From NCBI GenBank assembly GCA_009691405.1, contig SICN01000001.1, positions 11,651 through 75,650 of the forward strand: a stretch of 64,000 bases of DNA. Direction: 5' to 3'. Made by a program: the position numbers and the translations under genes. The notes under the pieces are model-generated. The model saw nothing but the letters and a program-made list of their open reading frames with translations. It ran no database searches and was not told the DNA's origin. This DNA comes from Candidatus Peribacteria bacterium. Lineage in GTDB: Bacteria; Patescibacteriota; Gracilibacteria; Peribacterales; Peribacteraceae. This document shows positions 48,278-56,694 of the stretch, in pieces. Position 1 is the first letter of the stretch, and each line of letters starts with the position of its first letter.

Positions 48278-48946
48278 ATGTCGACACTCGTCCTTATCCG
48301 TCACGGTCAATCGCAGTGGAATCTGGAGAACAGATTCACGGGATGGACCGATGTAGCGCTTACAGAGCGAGGTCGTGAGGATGCGCTCCGGACTGCGGAT
48401 GTTCTCCGTGACGTTCGTTTCGATCTTGCCTTCACATCGCGTTTGCAGCGGGCATCGGTCACGCTCGATATCATTTTGAAAGCACTGAAACAGCAGACAC
48501 TGCCGATGGTCGCCGATTCGGCACTCAACGAGAGGCACTACGGTGATTTGCAGGGACTGAATAAAGCCGAGACTGCGGCGAAGTACGGGCAGGAAAAAGT
48601 GTTGCAATGGCGCAGAAGTTACGACATTCCGCCGCCGAACGGCGAGAGCATCGCCGACACGGCGAAGCGCGCACTCCCGTTCTTCCGCTACACAATCCTG
48701 CCGCTGGTTCAGAGCGGGAAAAATGTGATCGTGACGGCATCAGGGAACAGCCTCCGTCCCATCATCCAATTTCTTGATCAGCTCGACGACGAGACGACAG
48801 CAGCGATGGAGGTCGGTCTCTGCACGCCGTTCATCTATACGTTCGAGGGAGAGAAACTTGTGCGCAAGGAAAAGAGAGAAGTTCCGGGAATCGTGACTCT
48901 TGGTGCATCGCAGACTGCTCAGAAAGTTGAAGAGGGGAGGGTGTAG
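48278..48946 (+). CDS. gpmA: 2,3-bisphosphoglycerate-dependent phosphoglycerate mutase
   Basis: RHGQSQWN, FTGWTDV, LNERHYGDLQG and WRRSYDIPPPNGES motifs. The second His motif reads ASGNSLR. Confidence 0.85.
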   Translation: MSTLVLIRHGQSQWNLENRFTGWTDVALTERGREDALRTADVLRDVRFDLAFTSRLQRASVTLDIILKALKQQTLPMVADSALNERHYGDLQGLNKAETAAKYGQEKVLQWRRSYDIPPPNGESIADTAKRALPFFRYTILPLVQSGKNVIVTASGNSLRPIIQFLDQLDDETTAAMEVGLCTPFIYTFEGEKLVRKEKREVPGIVTLGASQTAQKVEEGRV

Positions 48947-48978
48947 GGGATGGCAGAAATGGCAGGAAGGGCAGAAGC
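48943..48978 (+). repeat. Tandem 9-mer repeat (GCAGAAAnG-like)
   Basis: GCAGAAATG GCAGGAAGG GCAGAAGC; same unit as the insert in trmD. Confidence 0.55.
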
Positions 48979-49017
48979 GTGTTTTCATTCATCCGATCCT
49001 CTACAATCAGGGTGTTC

Positions 49018-50331
49018 ATGAGTCAAATCACGTATTCCAGACCGGATTTCTTCGATGCAGTGGCGGCATTGCCGCAGGAGCATGTTCATATCATCCTGAT
49101 TGCGACGAAGCCCGATATCATCAAGCAGATTCCACTCTACAAGGAGCTGAAGACACGCGGGCACGCGGTGCTTCTTGGACACACGGGGCAACATTACGAC
49201 GAAAATCTGAGCGGTGGAATGCTCAAGGAATTCGGCGTGGAACCGGATTTCAATTTGAATGTTCGCGGAAGCATGTACGAAGTGGTGAGCCGGATCATCG
49301 AGCGGTTCGGTTTTGTGGTCGGAGAGATGAAAGCAAAAAACAAAATCGTGATTCCCTACGTGCATGGCGACACGACGACGGCGATGGCGGCAAGCAATGC
49401 GGGCTACTGTCACGGGTTTGCATCGGTGCATGTTGAGGCGGGGATACGCACGCTCACTCCGAATTACAAGAAAGGCGATATGATGGATATTGGTGAGTGG
49501 CGAAAATTTCTCATGCAACGTAAGAACTGGGAGTGTGGCAGCCAGGAGCCGTATCCGGAGCAGTTCAATACACGCTGCAGTGAGGCTGCAACCGGTGTGC
49601 ATCTTGCCCCTGTGGAACTCGATCGCGAATTCTTGGTTTCGGAAGGATATGCAGACGATAGGATTTTTGTTGTCGGGAATTCCGTTGTGGATGCCCTTCG
49701 ACTCGCTCCACTCGCTCAGGGTCTTCGACGACCAGTTTTCGAGAAATATCCGGTGCTTGAGGACGGTGACTTCGTTCGGTTTTGCATTCATCGACGGGAA
49801 AATTGTCTCTCTGAAAAACGTTTCCGTGCAATCTACGATGCGATGAAATCCCTCATCGAATCGGGTCGTACGGTTCTTCTCATCAGCATGATCCAGACCA
49901 ATCTCGCCTTCGAGCGTTTCGGACTCAAGACGGAAGTCGAGGCACTTGCAAAGAAGCACAAGAACTTCATTCTCTCACCTGTATGGTCAGAGTACGGCGA
50001 TGTCGTCGCGGCGATGAGCAAAGCTTCCGTCTGTGCGACCGACTCGGGTTCGATGCAGGAAGAGATGAATGCACTCTCCGTGCCGTGCGTTACCCTACGT
50101 TTCGGCTCAGACAGAAGCGAATCGGCGATCAACGGTGGTAATATTATTGCTCCGCCCGTCGATGCGAAGATGATTCAGAAGACGATCGAGTACGCATGGA
50201 ATAATCAGGAGATGCGTAGCGCTAAAAAGATCTACGGAACAGGTGTCAGCAGCAAGTGCATCGATGCTGTGGAGAGTGTGCTGAAGACAGGAAATGTTTT
50301 CCGGAGTGAGGAGGAAAGGCTTCGGATGTGA
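49018..50331 (+). CDS. wecB: Second UDP-N-acetylglucosamine 2-epimerase (divergent paralogue)
   Basis: TKPDIIK, HTGQHYD, HGDT, HVEAGIRT, PEQFN, HRREN and DSGSMQEE motifs. Confidence 0.85.
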   Translation: MSQITYSRPDFFDAVAALPQEHVHIILIATKPDIIKQIPLYKELKTRGHAVLLGHTGQHYDENLSGGMLKEFGVEPDFNLNVRGSMYEVVSRIIERFGFVVGEMKAKNKIVIPYVHGDTTTAMAASNAGYCHGFASVHVEAGIRTLTPNYKKGDMMDIGEWRKFLMQRKNWECGSQEPYPEQFNTRCSEAATGVHLAPVELDREFLVSEGYADDRIFVVGNSVVDALRLAPLAQGLRRPVFEKYPVLEDGDFVRFCIHRRENCLSEKRFRAIYDAMKSLIESGRTVLLISMIQTNLAFERFGLKTEVEALAKKHKNFILSPVWSEYGDVVAAMSKASVCATDSGSMQEEMNALSVPCVTLRFGSDRSESAINGGNIIAPPVDAKMIQKTIEYAWNNQEMRSAKKIYGTGVSSKCIDAVESVLKTGNVFRSEEERLRM

Positions 50332-50345
50332 TACACTTCGCCGCT

Positions 50346-50713
50346 ATGGAGCAGATCTCCGGTCAGCCATCGGTTATCGATTTCGATAGATTGCTTGAAG
50401 AAATGCGAGACATGGACGATCGAAACCGATTAGGGAATTGTTGTCGGGTGACGGACCATCCGAGGAGGAATTGACCGACATGGTTGATCGTTCGCGTGCG
50501 TTTGCAACGTCGGCGGAGCACACATCGAATATTGCGCTTCTGCAGCAGATTGCCAGAGTCCGCGTGCTTGCCAACACGTTGGGAATCAGAGCACTTCTTC
50601 TCGAGATGTTCAGAGATGACAATGATCGCGGTCGAGACGACGAGAATCCTTTCCCGATGCGACCGAATCATCCGCGCGGCGTTCGTAGTCTTTTCCCTGT
50701 GCTTGCGGCGTGA
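50346..50713 (+). CDS. Hypothetical: one frameshifted gene or two small ORFs (50346-50474 and 50480-50713)
   Basis: ATG 50346 has TACACT upstream; the second ORF lies in the -1 frame. Confidence 0.35.
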
Positions 50714-50741
50714 GTTCTCACTCCGTTGTACACTGCTGAGC

Positions 50742-52229
50742 ATGACCTTTCAGCACACTCGTGAACGGCTCACGCTTTTGCTTCTTGCACTGCTGCCATT
50801 TCATGCTTTTTTAGTGACGGTTTTGACTCGGGTGATCGCAGGACCGGGTCATGCACCGCTTCCCGAACTCGCGGTGTGGAAAGAGGCGATTCTTGGATTG
50901 ATTCTCATCCTTGCATTCGTAGAACTTGTGAAGAAACGAACGATACCGGTCGCAGATGTCATCGATTGCATCATCCTTTCGCTTGGTTTTGTTGCATTGG
51001 CACTTCGGCTGATGCATCACCAATCGGCAACAGTGTTTGCGTTCGGTTTTAAGTACGACTTGCTTCCACTCATTGCTTTCATCCTCCTCCGCCGAGTCAA
51101 CTGGTCTGACGAATTCCACACAACGCTTCTTCGACTGCTGCTCCTGGTCGGTTGCATTGTCGCAGCGTACGGCATCGTTGCCGAATTTCTCCCGCTCCGA
51201 TTTTTCGTCTGGCTTGGCTACTCCGATCTGCATTCTCTATACGTCGCAAACGGTCCGCTTGCAGCATTTCAGGAACTTGAAGGCGGGATGATGCGACGAG
51301 CGCAGAGCAGTATGAGCGGGCCGAATCAGTTGGGGCTTTGGCTGTTGATTCCTCTTGGGGTGTTGCTTGGAGGAAAGAATGTCGGAGAAGAAATGAGCGG
51401 GAAACGCATAGCAATCGGTGTGTTGTTGCTTTTGGCACTGATGCTCAGTTTTTCCCGTGCTGCCTGGATCGCAGCAGCGGTGATGATCATCTTTGCATTC
51501 GCCAGATCAACGAGTGCTCTGCATTGTCGTAAACTTTACGTCGTGATTCTTGGGTTCTTGGCATGCTTCGGCATTGCAGTCACTCTTCTGTTTCCATCAG
51601 TTTTTTTCCGCTTCCAGTCTTCATCCGATCACATCCGAAAACCCGTCGAAGCAATCAGGATAATGATGGATCATCCATTCGGTCTCGGTCTCGGTACGGC
51701 AGGACCCGCGAGCAATCGTTTTAGTGATACGTGCGTGAAACTTCCGAAAGATTCCGACTGGTCGTGGGCAAAGGATCGGCAGGATCTCTGCGTGTTTGTC
51801 GATGGCAATCAAGTCCAGCCTTCGCTCCCGTCGGGGGAGCTACGGCCGGCAGGCCAGCCTTCCGCCCGTGCGTGCTCCTGTCCGCTTCTCACCGAGAACT
51901 GGTATCTGCAGATTGGCGTCGAGCTCGGATGGATTGGATTGATTCTGAGCTTGTTGTTGCCAATTTTTATCTTGAGACAATTGATAATTGAAAATGGAAA
52001 ATTGAAAATAAATGTGGAATTATCAATTATCAATTATCAATTATCAATTTTTCTGGGTCTCTCTCTTGCTGCTCTCTTTTTACATGCATTCGAGGACAGC
52101 GCGGTTGCGTACACGGTTTGGGTGCTGCTTGCGTCTGCTTTTGCTACACTTCACCCATGTCATCGCCTTCTCAGCCGATCGCAGGGTCCATCGTCATCCT
52201 CGACTTCGGCGGACAGTACGCGCATCTGA
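50742..52229 (+). CDS. O-antigen ligase (Wzy_C)-like polytopic membrane protein
   Basis: RAQSSMSGPNQLG, SFSRAAW, HPFGLGLGTAG and ENWYLQIGVELG motifs. Carries two in-frame repeat inserts; 3' end overlaps guaA. Confidence 0.8.
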   Translation: MTFQHTRERLTLLLLALLPFHAFLVTVLTRVIAGPGHAPLPELAVWKEAILGLILILAFVELVKKRTIPVADVIDCIILSLGFVALALRLMHHQSATVFAFGFKYDLLPLIAFILLRRVNWSDEFHTTLLRLLLLVGCIVAAYGIVAEFLPLRFFVWLGYSDLHSLYVANGPLAAFQELEGGMMRRAQSSMSGPNQLGLWLLIPLGVLLGGKNVGEEMSGKRIAIGVLLLLALMLSFSRAAWIAAAVMIIFAFARSTSALHCRKLYVVILGFLACFGIAVTLLFPSVFFRFQSSSDHIRKPVEAIRIMMDHPFGLGLGTAGPASNRFSDTCVKLPKDSDWSWAKDRQDLCVFVDGNQVQPSLPSGELRPAGQPSARACSCPLLTENWYLQIGVELGWIGLILSLLLPIFILRQLIIENGKLKINVELSIINYQLSIFLGLSLAALFLHAFEDSAVAYTVWVLLASAFATLHPCHRLLSRSQGPSSSSTSADSTRI

Positions 52230-54025
52230 TCGCAAGCCGAATCAGACGCTTCGGGTTCAAGGCATACATTTTGCCTTCGGAAACGAAGGCGCAGGACCTG
52301 AAAGATGTTGCAGGCATTATTCTTTCGGGTGGACCTCAGAGTGTCTATGAAGCAGGGAGTCCCCAGGCAGATCCAGAAATTCTGGAACTCGGTATTCCTG
52401 TTCTTGGTCTCTGCTACGGTCATCAGTGGCTTGCCCACGCCCTCGGCGGGAGGGTGGCACCGGGCAATGTGAAAGAATATGGACTCACCGATATCGAGCA
52501 ATTGTCGGGTGACGGTCTGTTTGCGGGACTTCCTCAGCAGTTCACGGTTTGGATGTCGCACGGAGACGAAGTGAAAGAATTGCCGGAAGGATTTCTGACG
52601 GTCGCGAGTTCGAAGAATTGCAAGAATGCGGCGATGATGAATGCGGAGAAAAAAATCTTCGGGATCCAGTTCCACATCGAGGTGACGCACACACAGCACG
52701 GCATGGACATCCTCAGACGCTTCGTCGATCTTTGCGGACCGGAAGCATGGTCCATGAAAAGTTATGCTTCACACATCGGGGAGGAAATTCTCAGAGAGGT
52801 TGGAGAGAAAAAAGTCTTCATGCTTGTCTCAGGCGGCGTCGATTCGACGGTTGCCTTCACGCTCCTGAATAAAGTTCTCGGCGAAGATCGCGTGCAGGGT
52901 TTGCTTGTTGATACAGGTTTGATGCGCAAAGGCGAAGTGACTGCAATACAGAAAGCATTCGAGCCGCTTGGGATCAAGAATCTGCAGGTCGAAGACGCAT
53001 CGGAGCGGTTTTTTGCGGCACTGAAAGACGTGTACGAGCCCGAAGCGAAACGTGCAATCATAGGCAGAACATTTCTTGATGTGCAGCGCGCAGTCAGCGA
53101 GCGCATGGGACTTCGAATCGAAGACGGTTGGATGCTCGGGCAGGGGACGATCTACCCCGATACCATCGAGACCGGTGGCACGAAGAACTCGGACAAGATC
53201 AAAACGCATCATAACCGTGTCGAACTTGTGCAGCAGATGATCGAAGAAGGACTCGTGATCGAACCCCTGAAAGAACTTTACAAGGATGAGGTGAGGCAGC
53301 TTGGGGAAGAACTTGGATTGCCACATGAACTTGTCTGGAGACATCCGTTTCCGGGTCCTGGACTCGGCGTAAGGATTCTGTGTGCTTCAGCCTCCACCTC
53401 CATCCCCGCCTTCGCTCCTGCGGGAGCTTCGGTGGGCAAGCCTAGCCCTTTCCCCGCCCATTCGACAGGCTCAGGGCAAGCGGGGGGAAGGGAAAATATA
53501 GACAGAGTTGTGCTGCCAGTGCGCTCTGTCGGGGTGCAGGGTGACGGTCGGACGTATCGGCATGCGCTTGCGCTGTTTGCAGAGGATCACGAGTGTCCGA
53601 CTGATTCTCACTACGCACTCGCATCGTCGATCCCGAACGGCAGCAAGACGATCAACCGCGTTCTCTTCTGCCTCTCGCACGCCAAACTGTTTGAAATTTC
53701 TTTCACACCGACGTTCATCACCAAGGAAAGCGCAGATCTTCTTCGGGAAGCCGATGCAATCGTGACGGATGCGATTCGTGAAGCGAATTTGTACGAGAAA
53801 ATTTGGCAATTTCCTGTTGTACTTCTTCCTTTTGGAGAGAAAGAGGGCATGAGATCGATCATTCTCCGTCCGATCGAATCGACCGATGCGATGACGGCTG
53901 CGGCGTACAGACTCCCGAAGGAAGTTCTGAGGAGAATCACGCAGGCAATACTGAAGCTACGCGGCATCGATGCGGTGTTCCTCGATCTCACGAATAAACC
54001 GCCGGCTACGATTGAGTGGGAATAG
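52157..54025 (+). CDS. guaA: GMP synthase (glutamine-hydrolysing)
   Basis: DFGGQY, GLCYGHQ, QFHIE, SGGVDS, IKTHHN, RHPFPGPG and KPPATIEWE motifs. Start has TACACT 6 nt upstream. Confidence 0.95.
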   Translation: MSSPSQPIAGSIVILDFGGQYAHLIASRIRRFGFKAYILPSETKAQDLKDVAGIILSGGPQSVYEAGSPQADPEILELGIPVLGLCYGHQWLAHALGGRVAPGNVKEYGLTDIEQLSGDGLFAGLPQQFTVWMSHGDEVKELPEGFLTVASSKNCKNAAMMNAEKKIFGIQFHIEVTHTQHGMDILRRFVDLCGPEAWSMKSYASHIGEEILREVGEKKVFMLVSGGVDSTVAFTLLNKVLGEDRVQGLLVDTGLMRKGEVTAIQKAFEPLGIKNLQVEDASERFFAALKDVYEPEAKRAIIGRTFLDVQRAVSERMGLRIEDGWMLGQGTIYPDTIETGGTKNSDKIKTHHNRVELVQQMIEEGLVIEPLKELYKDEVRQLGEELGLPHELVWRHPFPGPGLGVRILCASASTSIPAFAPAGASVGKPSPFPAHSTGSGQAGGRENIDRVVLPVRSVGVQGDGRTYRHALALFAEDHECPTDSHYALASSIPNGSKTINRVLFCLSHAKLFEISFTPTFITKESADLLREADAIVTDAIREANLYEKIWQFPVVLLPFGEKEGMRSIILRPIESTDAMTAAAYRLPKEVLRRITQAILKLRGIDAVFLDLTNKPPATIEWE

Positions 54026-54042
54026 GCTATACTGTCATCTCC

Positions 54043-54615
54043 ATGGGAAAGAACACTCCTCTTTTGCCGCAAGAACTTGCCGCACTGGTCCTCAAGGCAC
54101 AGGACGGTGACACCGAGGCGTTCGGCAAAATATACGATGAGTTTTTGACGCCTGTGTACCGCTACGTTGTGTTCCGTTTTCCGGCGGATCTCACCGAGGA
54201 TCTGGTCGCCGACATTTTCGTGAAAGCATTCGAGAAACTGCACAGCTATCGTCCGATTTTCGGCGTGCCGTTCTCCGCATGGCTGTTTCGGATCGCTCGC
54301 CACACCATCATCGATGCGTACAGACGGAACAGGGGATTCGAGGAACTCAGCGAGGAGTTTGTCGACGAGAGTCGAGAGAGCGATCCGAAGCTCAGAACAG
54401 AGCAGTCCCTCTCGGTCAGGCGCGTGCGCGAAGCGATCATGAAACTCCCGGAGGACCACCGTGACGTCGTGTTGCTTCACTACATTTCGGGTCTCGGGCA
54501 TCGCGAGGTGGCCAAGGCGCTCCACATGACCGAAGGGTACGTACGCATCCTCAAATTCAGGGCGCTCAAGAAACTTGAGGGGCTTCTGAGCCTTTCCATA
54601 TTGCCCAATGATTGA
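54043..54615 (+). CDS. ECF-type RNA polymerase sigma-70 factor
   Basis: AQDGDTEAF, EDLVADIF, FSAWLFRIA and a region-4 HTH ending RALKKL. Confidence 0.9.
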   Translation: MGKNTPLLPQELAALVLKAQDGDTEAFGKIYDEFLTPVYRYVVFRFPADLTEDLVADIFVKAFEKLHSYRPIFGVPFSAWLFRIARHTIIDAYRRNRGFEELSEEFVDESRESDPKLRTEQSLSVRRVREAIMKLPEDHRDVVLLHYISGLGHREVAKALHMTEGYVRILKFRALKKLEGLLSLSILPND

Positions 54616-54663
54616 CTTTTTATAATATTCGTCTCTATTCATATGTTTTTTGCCGATCTTCGC

Positions 54664-54688
54664 TGTAACGCAATCGCTTCTTTTTCGT
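54664..54688 (+). promoter_or_regulatory. Putative ECF-sigma promoter TGTAAC-N16-CGT
   Basis: TGTAAC at 54664-54669, a 16-nt spacer, and CGT at 54686-54688, upstream of ATG 54717. Confidence 0.5.
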
Positions 54689-54716
54689 TTTAACAAGCGA
54701 AGATAGACATATTTCT

Positions 54717-56618
54717 ATGCTCGATGAAACCATCCTCCAAAGGCTCGCTCAAGACATCACCCCGGGTGATGACCAAAGGTCGCGTCTGAGGATGCGCATT
54801 CAGCAGCGGATCAATCCGCTTCAAAAGAGCGTAGACCTCACTCAGCCGTCACTGGTGTTCAGAAAATCTATGAAGGATCGAGTCCTTCTTGCACTGCAAG
54901 GATCTCCTGTGGGAGACAGCATGCGAGAACTTGCAAAGAGCGTCTCTCTCTCGGGGGAGCGAGTGCTCTCGCTTCGAGAGATGATCCTTGGGCGTCTTGC
55001 GCTCAGAGCCGAGCCGTCACTTGTTCATAGCAGCGTGAAGTGGGCGGCGTCTTTTGCGCTTTTCCTTCTGATTATTCGAGCGATGCCTCTTGTGTTCCTT
55101 GCTCCGACAACGCAGGCAGGAATCGGCGTGCAACTCATTCCCAATGGAGACGATGTGTCCGTGTTCGTCGGAGGGGTGTGGAGGAGCGTTATTTCTCCGG
55201 AAGTGGTGGGCGGACCCATGATGATTCGCACGGGGCAGTCGCAGGTGACGATCATCTTGAATGACGATGGAGTGATTCGTCTCGGGTCCGATACCACATT
55301 CAAACTTCATGACATCGGCGATCGCCCACAGTTTGTGAGTGCAGGACCTACGGCAACGCTCGTGCGCGGACAGATCTGGGTGCTGGGTCTTCTTCCTCCC
55401 GTGGTCGAGAGCATCCTCATCGAGACGACGAGGGGGCAAGTCGAAATCAACTCAGGCAGCGTTTCGATCACCGAAGACAACAAGAGCACAACGGTTGCGG
55501 TCTACGATCGCGGCGTGACATTCCGCGATGAGGAGCAAACATCGTTCATCGTGTCCGGAGAGAAAGGGATGATCAGCGACCGGACTCCCACCCTCTCCAT
55601 TCTTTCAATGCCGACTCGCGCATTTGGCAGTCCGCTCGTAAGCCAGAATCTGGAACAAGATGCCGTGCACCGAAACGAGATCGCAAAATTGCAGAAGGAG
55701 AGACGAGAGCGCATGGCGGGCATTCTTCCCACCTCCATTCTGTATCCCGCAAAACGAATTGCGGAGAGAGTGGATGTGCTCTTCACCCTCACGCACGACG
55801 GTCGTACGGAGAAGCTGATCGCACAGGCCGATACCCGCTTGAGTGAAGCGCTTGCCCTCATCCACGATGGTCAGAATACGGAAGCATCGGTTCCTCTCAG
55901 CGAGTACAGGGACAGTCTTGTGGCAATGGCGAGCGGAACAGGCGATAACCTGGTGAAGTACTTGATCAAGAGACAGATCGCCGATGCGAGTGCCACGATT
56001 TCTCCAACGACATCATCCGGAAAAATTCAGCTCGTCAGCCTCGCAGTGCTTGAGATCAGTGCCTCGGTTCCGGACACCGCACTGCAATCCAAAGACATCG
56101 AGGGATATGTGCTCGTGAACAAGCTGACCCAAATCAATCATGCCCTCTCCGTAGACAAAAATCTCACGGGTGCACTTCTCGCATACTCGGATGTCAGTCC
56201 GTACATCAAAGAACTCTTGTCCGAGAATGGAACGCATCCGCTTCTCCAGAAAGAAGCGAGGTCACTCTTGGTGTCCACTGCTTCTCTTTTGAAAGGAGCT
56301 AAGAATGCCGATCAGAACAAGATTCTTGTCGCCGTGGAACAAGACCTCAGCCAGTATCTGCCTCCGGAACAGGAATCGGTGCTCGTTACCGAGGCGAAAC
56401 TGAATGCGGTCATTCAGAAGATCCTGCAGCGCATTTTCATCTTCAAATCGCCCCTCAGCCGTTACAATCAATTGATGCAGGAGATGTTGGAGCTTCGAGG
56501 GAACCAAAATAGGGGCACGCTTCTGCGTCGCCTCTACAGCGCTCTTCCCGAGAATGGGCTCGGTGGATACGTACTCACGGAGATCAAGAATTTTGGGGAT
56601 GAGTTGAATGGGAGGTAG
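54717..56618 (+). CDS. Putative anti-sigma-like membrane protein (FecR-like beta domain plus DUF5667-like helical domain)
   Basis: One TM; IRTG..VTIILNDDGVIRL FecR-like segment; AGILPTSILYPAKRIAE..ADTRLSEA segment; directly downstream of the ECF sigma. Confidence 0.65.
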   Translation: MLDETILQRLAQDITPGDDQRSRLRMRIQQRINPLQKSVDLTQPSLVFRKSMKDRVLLALQGSPVGDSMRELAKSVSLSGERVLSLREMILGRLALRAEPSLVHSSVKWAASFALFLLIIRAMPLVFLAPTTQAGIGVQLIPNGDDVSVFVGGVWRSVISPEVVGGPMMIRTGQSQVTIILNDDGVIRLGSDTTFKLHDIGDRPQFVSAGPTATLVRGQIWVLGLLPPVVESILIETTRGQVEINSGSVSITEDNKSTTVAVYDRGVTFRDEEQTSFIVSGEKGMISDRTPTLSILSMPTRAFGSPLVSQNLEQDAVHRNEIAKLQKERRERMAGILPTSILYPAKRIAERVDVLFTLTHDGRTEKLIAQADTRLSEALALIHDGQNTEASVPLSEYRDSLVAMASGTGDNLVKYLIKRQIADASATISPTTSSGKIQLVSLAVLEISASVPDTALQSKDIEGYVLVNKLTQINHALSVDKNLTGALLAYSDVSPYIKELLSENGTHPLLQKEARSLLVSTASLLKGAKNADQNKILVAVEQDLSQYLPPEQESVLVTEAKLNAVIQKILQRIFIFKSPLSRYNQLMQEMLELRGNQNRGTLLRRLYSALPENGLGGYVLTEIKNFGDELNGR

Positions 56619-56694
56619 TACGAGGCTTTCCTGCCTTCCCGTTGACTTTCCCTTTGCTTCGCAGGTACCTTCCCTGAGCTTTCCCCGCGTTTCT

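Noticed and set aside
52157-52229. Functional significance of the 73-nt overlap between the ligase-like gene and guaA
   Set aside because: The overlapping tail is low-complexity and follows the last TM; it is most simply a drifted stop codon.
53392-53495. Intein or self-splicing intron explaining the in-gene inserts
   Set aside because: The inserts are only about 27-100 nt and lack intein C/S...HN termini and group I/II intron cores.
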